Positions 12,248 through 25,092 of a stretch of 64,000 nt of DNA are shown piece after piece. The notes under the pieces were generated by a model. That model saw nothing but the letters and a program-made list of their open reading frames with translations, was not told the origin of the DNA and ran no database searches. Numbering within the stretch: position 1 is the stretch's first letter; each line of letters begins with the position of its first letter. The stretch is from Squalus acanthias (Eukaryota), in contig CM059443.1 of the NCBI GenBank assembly GCA_030390025.1, forward strand, positions 4,650,001-4,714,000, written 5' to 3'. A program made the translations under genes and the position numbers.

Positions 12248-14593
12248 AATAAGAACATAAGAAATAGGAGCAGGAGTCGGCCATTTGGCCCCTCGAGCCC
12301 GCTCCGCCATTTAATGAGATCATGGCTGATCTGATCTTGGGCTCAGCTCCATTTTCCTGCCCGCTCCCCATAACCCTTCACTCCCTTATTGTTCAAAAAT
12401 CTGTCTATCTCCACCTTAAATATATTCAATGACCCAGCCTCCACAGCTCTCTGGGGCAGAGAATTCCATAGATTTACGACCCTCTGAGAGAAGAAATTCC
12501 TCCTCATCTCAGTTTTAAATGGGCGACCCCTTATTCTGAAACTATGCCCCTTGTTCTAGATTCCCCCATGAGGGGAAACATCTTCTCTGCATCTACCTTG
12601 TCGAGCCCCCTCAGTATCTTATATGTTTCAATAAGATCACCTCTCATTCTTCTAAACTCCAATGAGTATAGGCCCAACCTGCTCAACCTTTCTTCACAAG
12701 TCAACCCCTTCACCTCAGGAATCAACCTCGTGAACCTTCTCTGAACTGCCTCCAAAGCAAGTATATCCTTCCTTAAATAAGGAGACCAAAACTGTACGCA
12801 GTACTCCAGGTGTGGTCTCACCAATACCCTGTACAGTTGTAGCAGGACTTCCCTGCTTTTATACTCCAACCCCCTTGCAATAAAGGCCAACATTTCATTT
12901 GCCTTCCCGATTACTTGCTGTACCTGCATGCTAACTTTTTGTGTTTCATGCACAAGGACCCTCAGGTCCCTCTGTACTGCAGCATTTTGTAATCTCTCTC
13001 GATTTAAATAATAATTTGCTTTTTTATTTTTCTTAGCAAAGTGGATAACCTCACACTTTCCCACATTATACTCCATCTGCCAAATGTTTGCCCACTCACT
13101 TAGCCTGTCTATATCCCGTTGCAGATTCTTTGTGTCCTCTTCACAACTTGCTTTCCCACCTATCTTTGTATCATCAGCAAATTTGGCTACATTACACTCG
13201 GTCCCTTCATCCAAGTTATTAATATAAATTGTAAATAGTTGAGGCCCCAGCACTGATCCCTGTGGCACCCCACTAGTTACCGTTTGCCAACCGGAAAATG
13301 GCCCATTTATCCCGATTCTCTGTTTTCTGTTAGTTCGCCAATCCTCTATCCATGTTAATATATTACCCCCAACCCCATGAGCTCTTACCTTGTGCAGTAA
13401 CCTTTTATGTGGCACCTTATCGAATGCCTTCTGGAAATCCAAATACACCACATCCACTGGTTCACCTTTATCCACCCTGCTCATTACATCCTGAAAGAAC
13501 TCCAGCAAATTTGTCAAACATGATTTCCCTTTCATAAAACCATGCTGACTCTGCTTGACTGTATTATGATTTTCTAAATGTCCTGCTACTGCTTCCTTAA
13601 TAATGGACTCCAGCATTTTCCCAATGACAGATGTTAGGCTAACTGGTCTATATTTTCCTGCTTTCTGTCTCCCTCCCTTCTTAAATAGGGGTGTTACATT
13701 TACGGTTTTCCAATCCGCTGGGACCTCTCCAGAATCCAGGAAATTTTGGTAGATTGCAACCGATGCATCCACTATCTCTGCAGCCACTTCTTTTAAGACC
13801 CGAGGATGCAGGCTATCAGGTCCAGGGGACTTGTCCATCTTTAGTCCCATTATTTTAGCGAGTACTTTTTCTTTAGTGATAGTGATTGTTTTAAGTACCC
13901 CCCTCCCTATAGCCCCTTGATTATGTATTATTGGGATGATTTTAGTGTCTTCTACCATGAAGACTGATACAAAATATTTGTTCAAAGTCTCTGCCATTTC
14001 CCTGTTCCCCATTATTAATTCCCCAGTCTTATCCTCTAAGGGACCAATGTTTACTTTAGCTACTCTCTTCCTTTTTATATACCTGTAGAAGCTCTTACTA
14101 TCTGCTTTTATATTTCTTGCTAGTTTACTCTCATAATCCATCTTCTGTCTTCTTATTTTTTTAGTCATCCTTTGCTGGTTTTTAAAAATTTCCCAATATT
14201 CTGACCTCCCACTAATCTTGGCAACATTATACGCCTTTGTTTTCAAATTGATACCATCTTTTACTTCCTTAGTTAGCCACAGATGGTTCTCCCTTCTCTT
14301 AAAGTCTTTCCTTCTCACTGGAATATATTTTTGTTGAGAGTTATGAAATATCTCCTTAAATCTCTGCCATTGCTTATCAACCGTCTTACCATTTAATCTA
14401 TTTTCCCAGTCCACTTTAGGCAACTCTGCCTTCATACCTGTGTAATTGCCTTTATTTATGATCAGGACACTGGTTTGAGATCCAACTTTCTCACCCTCCA
14501 ATTGAATTTGAAATTCAACCATGCTATGATCACTCTTTCCTAGAGGATCCTTTACTATGAGATCATTTATTAATCCTGTCTCATTACACAGTA
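12248..14593 (-). mobile_element. CR1 LINE, 5'-truncated, 663-aa ORF2 segment (12531..14522)
   Basis: Full RT motif set ([29 protein letters not shown]) and a CR1 3' tail ending in ttatgttc repeats. Confidence 0.92.
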
Positions 14594-14744
14594 AGACACC
14601 AGAATTGGAGTGCAGAGATCTTGGAGAGTTGTAGGGCTGGAGGACGTTACAGGGATAGGGAGGGGCGAGGCCATAGAGTTATTTGAAAGAAAGGATGAGA
14701 ATTTTAGAATCTAAGCATTGCCAGACCGGAAGCCAATGTAGGTA

Positions 14745-16237
14745 CGGTAGCATAGTGTTTATGTTAGTGGACTAGTAATCCAGAGACCTCGACTAATATC
14801 TAGAGAAGCGAGTTCAAATCCCACCACGGCAGCTGGGTAATTTAAATTCAGCTAATTAAATAAATCTGGAATAAAAAGCTAGTATCAGTAATGGTGACCA
14901 TGAAACTACCGGATTGTTGGAAAACCCATCTGGTTCACTACTGTCCTTTAGGGAAGGAAATCTTCCAGGCTTACCTGGTCTGGCCTATATGTGACTCCAG
15001 ACCCACAGCAATGTGTGGTTGACTCTTAACTGCCTCTGAAATGGCCTAGCAAGCCACTCATTTGTAAAAAAAAAACTACGGAAAACAATAATAATAAGAA
15101 GAAGAATAAAACCGGATGGACCATCGACCACGGCATCAGCTTCGGACACAACAAAGGCACACCAGCCCAGTCGACCCTGCAAAGTCCTCCTCACTAAAAT
15201 CTGGGGACTTATGCCAAAATGGAGAGCTGTCCCACAGGCTAGTCAAGCAACAGCCTGACATAGTCATACCTTTCAGTCAACGTCCCAGACTCCTCTATCA
15301 CCATCCCTGGGTATGTCTTGCCCCACCGGCAAGGCAGAACCACCAGAGGATGGAACACAGTTGGGGAGAGCGTGGCCCTGGGAGTTCTTATCATTGACTC
15401 TGAACCACACAAAGTCTCATGGCTTCCGGTCAAACATGGGCAAGGATTACCACCTACCGCCCTCCCTCAGCTGATGAATCAGTACTCCTCCATGTTGAAC
15501 ACCATTTATAGAAACATAGAAACATAGAATCTAGGAGCAGGAGTAGGCCATTCGGCCCGTCGAGCCTGCTCCGCCATTCAATACGATCATGGCTGATCAT
15601 CCAAATCCAGTACCCTGTCCCTGCTTTAATCCCCACAGTACACATATCCCACCCTACCCCCGTAACCCCACGTATTTAATTCCCCCTAACATATCCCATC
15701 CTATCCCCATAACCCCACATATTTAATCCCCCCTAACACACTAAGGGTCAATTTATCATAGCCAAATCAACCTAACCCACACATTTTTGGACTGTGGGAG
15801 GAAACCGGAGCACCCGGAGGAAACCCACGCAGACACGGGGAGAATGTGCAAACTCCACACAGACAGTCACCCGAGGTCAGATTCGAACCCGGGTCTCTGG
15901 CGCTGTGAGGCACCAGTGCTAACCACTATGCCACCGTGTTGGAAGAAGCACTGAGAGTAGCAAGGGCACAGAATGTACTCTGGGTGGGGAACGTAAATGT
16001 CCATCACCAAGAGAGGCTCGGTAGCACCACTACTGACCGAGCTGGCTGAGTTTGAAGGACATAGCTGCCAGTCTGGGCCTGCGGCAGGTGGTGAACCAAG
16101 ACGAGGGAAAAACCTACTTGACCTCGTACTCACCAATCTACCTGTCGCAGATGCATCTTTCCACGACAGTATTGGTAGCAGTGACCACCGCACAGTCCTT
16201 GTGGAGACAAAGTCCCATCTTCACACTGAGGACACCA
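14745..16237 (+). mobile_element. 5' part of a tRNA-headed single-ORF LINE (same family as 25093-28309), interrupted by CR1-tail and V-SINE insertions
   Basis: Same head (ggtagcatagtg...gttcaaatcccacc) and same APE peptides (GELSHRLVKQQPDIVI, KNLLDLVLTN...IGSSDHRTV). Confidence 0.75.
15700..15937 (-). mobile_element. V-SINE (HE1-like)
   Basis: V-domain ggaggaaaccggagcacccggaggaaacccacgcagacacggggagaatgtgcaaactccacacagac; tRNA-like head with GGTTCGAATC on the minus strand. Confidence 0.8.
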
Positions 16238-19200
16238 TCCAGTCTGCCCAGCTAGTGGTTGACCAAGAAGAAGAAGAAACACCGTCTCTCGATTTGACGC
16301 CACCAGCTCCTTGAGGTCGTCCTGCAAGGCCATCTGAAGTCTCCCCCACTGAAAGACAGCAGCCTTCCACCAGCCATGCTGCAGCCACTAGGGTATCACT
16401 GAGTGACATCAGTAGGATAGGCAAAGGCACACGCAAGATAGTCACTAAGGGAATGCACAAGGGTGACTAGTTTATTTTTTGATGTCATGTTGGATGGATA
16501 GATGTATAAAGTTGGATTGGAAAGTTTGCTTTGTGGTGGCTTTTATTTCAGCATTGTGGCCAAGAGGACGCTCTGATGGTCAGTAACAGAGGAAAGGAAA
16601 GGTGTGGGGCTAATGTTGAAAGGGGAATTGGGGTTGTGGTCACTGGTACTGCAGGCGGATGATTCCATCCCGGATATCCCGTCCAGAAAGGGGCTCTCTG
16701 CATTGCATCCTTCCTTCCGCTTCCTCCTCATCTGCTTCTACCTCTTCTGTGTCTTCCTCTTCTGCTTCTTCTTCTTCCCTCTGCAAGCAGATGCTGGAAA
16801 TCTGAAATAAAAACAGAAAATACTGAAAATCTGGAATAAAAGCAGAAAATGCTGCAAATACTCAGCAGCTCAGGCAGCATCTTGACCTGAGATGTGAGCT
16901 CTGTTTCTCTCTCCACAGATGCTGTCTGACCTGCTGAGTATTTCCAGCATTTTCTGTCTTCAAAGAGGACTTCCTTTACCACCCAAAGCCTTGCAAGCAT
17001 CCAGCAGCACTCCATGCACTCCCTGCACACTTTTAAAACATTTAAAATATATTGCACCGAGCCACTGCTTCAATGAAATATTTAAAAAAGTCCAAACGCT
17101 TAAATCCAAACTTACCTGAAAGATGTGTGTGTCCCTTTAAGAAGCGCTCAGCGTCTCTGCGGGGCTGCTGCACGCATGCTTTTCAGAGCGTGCTTAGCTC
17201 CCGGCGGTAAAGTCAGCATAAAGGTCGAAGTTTGCAAACGTGGCGTCAAGTCGGCGTTGCACCGTGAATAACGTCACGCTCTGCTGATTTACAGCTCTGT
17301 GGCTAGCGCTGCCAACGGCATTGCCATGACCGTTACCAAAATGGCAGCTGCAGAGTCTCGCGCCAGAGGTGGCGGAAGCGAGGCGGCCGCCACTTTTTTC
17401 TCTGAAACGTGCCTTAACGGCCAGCGATATCAGTGCGAATATCTAGACTGCAGAGTCTATCCAGGAAGTATGATTTGGAATATTTAATTAATTGTAAAAT
17501 CACAAACAGAAAGGGAAATAAAGTGAGAAAAAGAAAGCTGTGAGAGATAAAAGAGGCAGAAAGAAAAATTTCAAAAATATATTTACATTTTTAAGTTTTT
17601 AAAAATCTCCAACAATAATTAAATTTTGAAGAAATGAATCTCCACGTTTGTAAAATTAAATTTTCAGTGCCAGAGAGTTTGTTTGGCAGTAATTAAATCT
17701 TACCATGTCATTAAAATTCACTTACATCTGAATGCACCAGCTCTAACGTTACCTGGCGTGTTTAGTGAGTTCCACAAATTCACACCTTTACATGGATTTC
17801 AATGCCGAGTCTATCGGCGAGGTACCGGTGGAGCGAAGCTTGTGGAGGAGCCGGGCAAATCGGACAACAACTTCCGGATTTCCACGTTTAACTGCGCATG
17901 TGCGGACTCCGGAGGTTGCTGTCCCATTTACTCCATAATAAGTGAGTGCTGTTAGCATCACCGTTATTCTTAACACAAAATCGGAGCCAATATGTTATGG
18001 GGTTGTTTCTACCTTTGTTTTAGAAATGATCCCAGAACAGAACACTGTGAGACACCACTAGACATTTCCAAATACTCTGAGAATCTTCCCTTAACCCCTA
18101 CACTCTGTTTCCTCCATTATAAGCAGTTTTAATCCAATTAGCTGTCCTTCCCCTAATTCCATTATCCCTGAATCTTCTCCAATAGTCTCCTGTGTGATAC
18201 CTTGTCAAACGCTTCCTGAAAGTCTGTACACACCACATCCACTGCATTTCACCATCCAGCATATCTGTCACTGTTTCAAAGGCAGTACACTTTGCACTGG
18301 AATCTGAATTGCCGCCATATTTCTGTGCCTGGATTTAAAGGAACATTTTCCAAAGGAAAACAATCAAAAATACCGTGGGCTAAAACCCCACAAACCCGCT
18401 CCGTCACCATGATGATGGAGTGGGATTTGTGCACTGACCCAAGAGCCTGACCCCACCGAGATCCTGAGGTCAGGCAATTTATGTCTCCGACACCCGCGTT
18501 AGTATCAGCGCAATCATAGACGTGCACCAGAGGGAAGGAGAGTAAAATACAGCGTTTCTCAGGCTCTTTGGGGTGAAGCTGGTAGGCCCAACTATAAAAT
18601 GCACAGAAGGTTTGAAATTGGTCCCCTTTTATAGGAGGGTCAAGGTGGCCACAACTTCAGCATTGGAGTGTTCCAAGCCATTAAGATAGCCTAGAACACG
18701 TTGGTGGGCCCACCCCTGTATCTTGACAGCATACGTTATGTTGAGGGCTCAGGAGGCAGGGCTCCAGCAGACAGCACCATCCCACCAGTCCCACTTCCTT
18801 TTAATACCCCAGGCTATAAGGGGGTGGTGCAACTACTGGCCATCCCAGTTCCCGAGGAAATCCCCGCGCTCGTATTATTGCCAAGTTCCACACCCGATTT
18901 CCTGCCCCCACCTGTCCTCGCCCACCCTGATTACACTGCAAGTCCTCACCAGGCCCCAAGGGAATAACTAAATGTAAAAGTAGATAAATTGTTCACTGCG
19001 AACAAAAAAACTCCAGTCCACCACCAGCTCAACATTGCTTTAGGCCGAAGCAGGCCAGGACCCGAGAGCTGTCAGGTACACAGTTTATACTGGCATGGTG
19101 CATGCTGGGAGCAGAGCATCACCAATGTTGCTTCCTTCTTCTTTTTCTCTCTCAGAAATATTATTTCTCTCCATTTGATCATTATTGTGGTTATATGAAC

Positions 19201-20315
19201 GTTCCTCTCTTATTCCTCCTAAGCTCCAAACAGTCGGTCCCACAGTCCCTTCATCCTTCCTGCATTGTCACTGTGTTGAAATCAAGACTCATCACAATGT
19301 CCCCCATTTTAACTCATTCTTTCTAGCGTCTCAGTAATGTGGAACTCCTGAGTCTCTCCTTCGCCCAATAATCCAGTTGTTTTAAACCCAATTTTGTCTT
19401 CACTCTTGAGTTGCCTTATCTGACCCCCTTCCCCCTACTCTTCTCAGTCTTTGTGATGTTCTGCCTTTCACCAAAGTTTCTCAATGGAAAAATGTCTGTA
19501 CGGTGAGTTGGGAAAACAGGTGGTGTGGTTTCCCTACTCACAATGCACCTTGCTGTGGTTTGGGTTTTTCCCAAATCTTTTGTCCTCTGGTCATGGCTAA
19601 ATGGCAGTTTCTATAAGCAGACTAAGGCCTAGAAATTCAGTAGCCCCTGGAAACGGGCCGGTGATCGCGATGCGATAGCAACCCACGCCCATTTGGAGGA
19701 CTGCAGGCAGCAGGTAAAATTCATGCTACCTGCTACTTTGCATGATTGTAGCATTCAGCCAAGCGCTGAACGAGCTGCTGTGTGGCTGAACGCTCAGCAA
19801 GGGGCCCAAGTTCGTTGGAGGTTATCTCCAATTAAAGCTAGCCTGCACTACTTAAAGGCAGTCTGCACCTCTTAAAGGGGAGGTGCATTCTGCCTGCAAC
19901 AGATGGTGGAAGTGCTTGTGGAGGCTATTATCAGAAAAAGAAGACTGAGTAATGGTTCAACAGGCCAGAGACTGGCTCAAAGATTCTCCAATGCAGCACT
20001 ATGACTTTTACTGTGATTGTCGAGATGTCCACATCTGGCAAAAGCTTACAGAAAGGACGCTGACAAACGTTGTAAGATTCTCAAAACACTTTGCTCTTTT
20101 ACTCTCAGGGAATGGTTAAAAGTATCTGAGAATGAGGCAGTGTGTTGCTATTTTCTCTGCTGATTTAACTTGCTTCGTATATACTTCTTTCTTGAAATTA
20201 ACAAAAAACTGTAGTTTACCTTGATATAAAAAACCTTTCAGTGTGGGGTTATTCGAGAGATCAGAGCATATAATGCATCCCATAGTATTTTCAGTCTTAA
20301 CCCAAACAAACATTC

Positions 20316-20698
20316 TGGGCTAAAAATTCAGTTGCGTAGCGCCCTTGATGGTGAATGCCCAGTACCCTGGCAGCATGCTGCTTTTATTTGGCGCCAGTCT
20401 TTGAACCACCAAGACATCCAGATTGTGGCTACTGGGCGACAAGGGCTATCCGCTGACCACCTGGCTCATGAATTCGCTCCGCAACTCAACCACACGTGGG
20501 CAGCATGCGAGCAACGAGAGCCATGCTGCCACAGGAAACATCATACAGCAGACCATTGGCATCCTTAAAGATCACTTCTGGTGCCTGGATCTCTCTGTAG
20601 GAGCCCTACAGTACTCACTGGAGTGTGTGTCCCAATTTGTGGTGGTCTACTCATCCTCCACAACCTGGCCATCATGAGGGCGCAGCCCTTGCCACCAG
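20316..20698 (+). mobile_element. Harbinger transposase (HARBI1-like DDE) C-terminal remnant
   Basis: WLLGDKGYPL..WLM...N.SHAAT.NII.QTIGILK..F.CLD motifs (ORF 20423..20677); TIR-like GGGCTAAAAATT at about 20317. Confidence 0.8.
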
Positions 20699-22730
20699 TA
20701 TTCTTCTGAATTCCCTATTGGATTTCTTGGTGACTATCTTATATTGATGGCCTCTAGTTATGCTCTTCCCCACAAGTGGAAACATTCTCTCTGTATCCAC
20801 TCTATCAACATTTTTCATAATTTTAAAAGCCTCTATTAGGTCACCCCTCAGCCTTCTTTTTTCAAGAGAAAAGAGACCCAGCCTGTTCATCCTTTACTGA
20901 TATGTATACCCGTGCATTTCTAGTATCATCCTTGTAAATCTTCTCTGCACCCTCTCCATTGCCTCTATATCCTTTTTATAATATGGCTACCAGAACTGCA
21001 TGCAGTACTCTAAGTGTGGTCTAACCAAGGTTTGATACAAGTTTAGCATAACTTCCCTACTTTTCAATTCTATACCTCTAGAAATAAACCCTAGTGCTTG
21101 GCTTGCTTTTTTATGGCCTTGCTAACATGTGTCGCAACTTTTAGTGATTTGGGTATTTGTACTTTGAGATCCCTTTGTTTCTCTACCCCACCTAGACTCG
21201 CACCCTCCAAGCGATAAGTGATCTCCCTATTCTTCCTACCAAAATGTAATTCCGCTCATAATTGTGAACAGCAGTGGTCCCAGCACTGATCCTTGTGGAA
21301 CACCACTACCCACCTTCTGCCACTGTGAATAGCTACCCTTTACTCCTACTCTCTGCTTTCTGTCTGAAGCCAATCAGCAATCCATTCTGCTACTTGTTCT
21401 CTGACACCACATTCTCTGACCTTATTCATTAATCTATTATAGAGTACCTTATCAAAGGCCTTTTGAAAATTCAGACAAATTACATCTACTGCATTACATA
21501 AGAACATAAGAAATAGGAGCAGGAGTAGACCAATCGGCCCCTCGAGCCTGCTCCGCCATTCAATGAGATCATGGCTGATCTGATCCAACCTCAACTCTAA
21601 AGAACACAAGAAGCAGGAACAGGACCAGGCCACTCGGCCCCTGGGCCCGCTCCGCCACCCACAGGGCCTTGACCGATCCGAACTCAAACTCATGTCCAAT
21701 TTCCAGCCCGCTCCCCGTAACCCCTGATTCCCTTTACTTCTAGGAAACGGTCTATTTCTGTTTTAAATTTATTTAATGAAGTAGCTTCCACAGCTTCCTG
21801 GGGTAGCAAATTCCACAGACCCACTACCCTCTGAGTGAAAAAGTTTCTCCTCATCTCAGTTTTGAAAGAGGAGCCCCTTATTCTAAGATTATGTCCCCTA
21901 GTTCTAGTTTCACCCATCATTGGGAACATCCTCACCGCGTCCACCCGATCAAGCCACTTCACAATCTTATATGTTTCAATAAGATCGCCTCTCATTCTTC
22001 TGAACTCCAATGAGTAGAGTCCCAATCTACTCAACCTCTCCTCGTATGTCCACCCCCTCATCCCTGGAATTAACCGAGTGAACCTTCTTTGTACTGCCTC
22101 GAGAGCAAGTATGTCTTTTCTTTTATTACCATTGTCTACTCTCTCTGTTACCTCTTCAAAAAATTCAATAAGTTTGGTCAAGCAAAATTTTCCCTTTTGA
22201 AATCCATGCTGACTATTCATTATTATAGTTTTGGTTTCTAGATGTTCTTCTATTTTCTCCTTTAGTAGGGATTCCATTATTTTTCCTACCACCGATGTTA
22301 AGCTGACTGGTCTATAATTCCCTGGACATGTTCTATCCACCTTCTTAAATGTCAGTATTACGTTAGCTATCCACCAGTCCTCTGGCACTACACCTTTTTC
22401 TAACAAATTATTAAATATGTGTAGTAATGCCTCTGCTATCTCTTCCCTAGATTCTTTTAAAATGCATGGATGCAATCCATCTGGACCAGGGGTTTTATCC
22501 TCTTTGAGTATGTTTAGTTTTTTTAATATATCCCCTTTTTTTTACTTTAAATGCACTTATCTCATTACTAATCTCATCATCCAATGTCATGTCCATCTCT
22601 TCCTATCTCCCTGGTAAATACTGAAGCAAAATAATTATTTAATATTTCTGCCAGCTCTCTATCGTTACCTGTGGTATTATCCTGTCTATCCCTTAATGGC
22701 TCTATTCCCATCCAACCTTCCTTTTTTTGA
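20699..22730 (-). mobile_element. Old CR1 LINE with a nested younger CR1 3' fragment (about 21500-22123); the same old element continues in pieces to about 28730
   Basis: RT motifs broken at VDNGN|KRKDILALEAVQRRF, a jump to the C-terminus of the inserted copy; APE remnants at 24920-25090 and 28310-28730. Confidence 0.75.
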
Positions 22731-24215
22731 AGGACAATTTCAGATCATAACCTCTGCCCCTATCATTCTTTTCTCTCTCTCACATGGCAGCTGTTGATCA
22801 TCCTGTCATTGCCATTCACACGTCATCTTGTGCAGGAATAAGCCATATAACCTATTCAGAAAAATACACTATCTTATGAAAGAATTCTAGCCTTATTAAA
22901 ACATGACAAACTAGGTTTGGAAATTTAGAAACCTAACTATGAAGTAGCTATGAAAGAATTCTGGCTTTTGAGATAAGATAGTTGTTGACCCTGAATAAAT
23001 AACCTTATTGAAACAGAAGGTGAAGGGCTCCAACAGGCTGAACTTTTGGGAACGAAACAATGGTTCACCCTGGATAAGGTGTTCTAATTTACACGTCGTA
23101 AAGAAGCACATAAGATAAGGAACATCTGCCCTCATAAAGATGACATAAAGTAAGGAACACCTGCTGTCACACCGTTTTTATATGGTAAACTTAGAACACC
23201 TAGAGATGAGACATGAGTCTGGCTGAGGTGGCAGTAAGAGTTGCAGAGGTCGGCAGAAAAATGACTAGAGATAATTAGCTTGCATCAGCAGAAAACCTTA
23301 AAGGAAATACCACTGGAAAAGGATATAAATATTGAACTCTCAAATGGGATAACAGACTCGCTTTAATTGGGCAAAGCGATTCTCGGCTTCAGAGGCGGCT
23401 CTGTAGTCACCAACTCTTTGTACCTCGGGGATCAAAGGTCTTTGATATTGGTGGATATCCTGTAGAACACTTTAAGAACTGTAATACTGTAGTGAAGTTA
23501 AGATTTAAAAGTAAGATTCTCTGTTAATAATAAGATAGCAAGTTTTCTCTTTTTTACTGTAAATTGCATGTCGGTTCTTTAATAAATCTATATATTTTTA
23601 GAATTGTCTCACATAAGACTTCTGTATCAAAAACTCGCAAACTCAATCTCTGTACACTCTTTGGTGAGGAGTTGCAGAATTCTGGGGGAGTTTTCCGGAC
23701 CCTCATAATATCCGGAATTTTACAGTCTAGCTAAACTTATTAAAAGTGCTATCTGGAGGACGGGAACATTCTCAGGTTGTTCCTTTCCTTTAGGGAGAGA
23801 TAGTCCAGACCTTTAGACCCAATTAATCGTCTTTAGGATTCGGCTACCTCAAACTTTAGTTGAAAGTGAACGTCTGAGAAATACGCCTGATCCGGGGTAG
23901 CCCTAAAGGGGCTAGGACTAGTAAATATCCTTGCAATCTTTTGTTTCTTAACTTGTCCCATTACAATCTCCTTTTGCCTTGCACCATCATCCCTGTTGTA
24001 TCTTAATCTCTCCTGCCTTCCATCCTATCACTGACCTTCCCTTTTGTTCTTTCCTCCCCTCCCCCCTCTCCTTGCCCCTACACTTGCTTAAAAACCTGTT
24101 ACATCTCCAACTTTTTCCAGTTCTGACGAAGGGTCATCGACCTGAAACGTTAACTCTGTTTCTCTCTCTACAGATGCTGCCTGACCTGCTGAGTATTTCC
24201 AGCATTTTCTGTTTT
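22730..24215 (+). mobile_element. Penelope-like pLTR fragment with minimal hammerhead (about 24117-24156), split by the solo LTR
   Basis: Matches the 3' end of the Penelope array at 49121-56482 (acaatttcagatcataacctc..., ctgacgaagggtcatcgacctgaaacgttaac). Confidence 0.75.
22829..23935 (+). mobile_element. Solo LTR of a foamy-like endogenous retrovirus (second lineage)
   Basis: TG...CA, 1107 bp, 4-bp TSD ATCT (22825-22828 / 23936-23939). Colinear with the LTR at 30030-31148; highly similar in R/U5 and more diverged in U3. Confidence 0.9.
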
Positions 24216-24690
24216 TACTCCTTTTTTATTGATGTGCCTATAAAATATTTTACTATTTTGTTTTATGTTCCTTGATAATTTAATTTCATAGTTCCTCTTT
24301 GCCTCCCTAGTTGTTTTTTTTACTTCTCTGCTAATCTTTTCATATTCTCCCTTATCATGCACTCCCCTGCTGTCTAGTTACTTAATGTATGCCTCTTTCC
24401 TTACCCTCAATTGTTCCCTTATGGCTTTATTCATCCATGGCATCTCATTATTGTTTAGCTTGTTCTTTCCTTTTAGAGGAATATATTTTTCCTGCACTCT
24501 GTTGAACACCGTTTTAAATGTTTCCCATTGCTGTTCTACATTGTTGTTTGCCAATATTGTTACCCATTTTTTTTCCCAAGTTCTATTCTCAGCCCCTCAA
24601 ATTCAGCTTTTCTCCAATCTGTTAACCTGGTTTTTGTCATACTTATGTCCTTTTCAATTTTCATCTTAAAGCATATTATAGTATGGTTAC

Positions 24691-24919
24691 TGACATAAGA
24701 AAACTACTAGGCACTTGGTCTAAGCGTTAAACAAAGCTTTAATCAACTGTTTTACAACATGGAGATCTAGTTGTGTCCTTAATTAGTTCCTGTTAAGGAA
24801 TGTCCTGAGCAAGCTGGGCCCATGCCCGAGTATTTATACTCTCCCTGGACAGCGCAACCAGCAGACCGTCCAGTATTACTTCATAAGTCATTTCCACATG
24901 AATGACAAGATTCATGTCA
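24691..24919 (-). mobile_element. Solo LTR related to the tandem Gypsy element
   Basis: Termini TGACAT...ATGTCA with near-TSD GTTAC/GTCAC. Shares gctttaatcaact, catggag.tctagtt and gggcccatgcc.gagtatttatact with LTR 31339-31553. Confidence 0.75.
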
Positions 24920-25092
24920 GTCACTATTTGTTCTATATGTTCCCCTATTTTCACTTCTCTTATCTGCTCTGGTTCATTCCCCATTACTAGATCCAACAGC
25001 GAATCCTCTCTTGTTTGGGCTTTTTACGTATTGGGTTAGAAAGGAGTCCTGTACACATTGTACCTACCTCTTCTGTCCAATTAATATCAGGG

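Noticed and set aside
18270-19100. Short ORFs in an unassigned stretch
   Set aside because: No recognisable motif, splice structure or terminal repeats; left unannotated. The same applies to 57000-57870 and 59720-60040.
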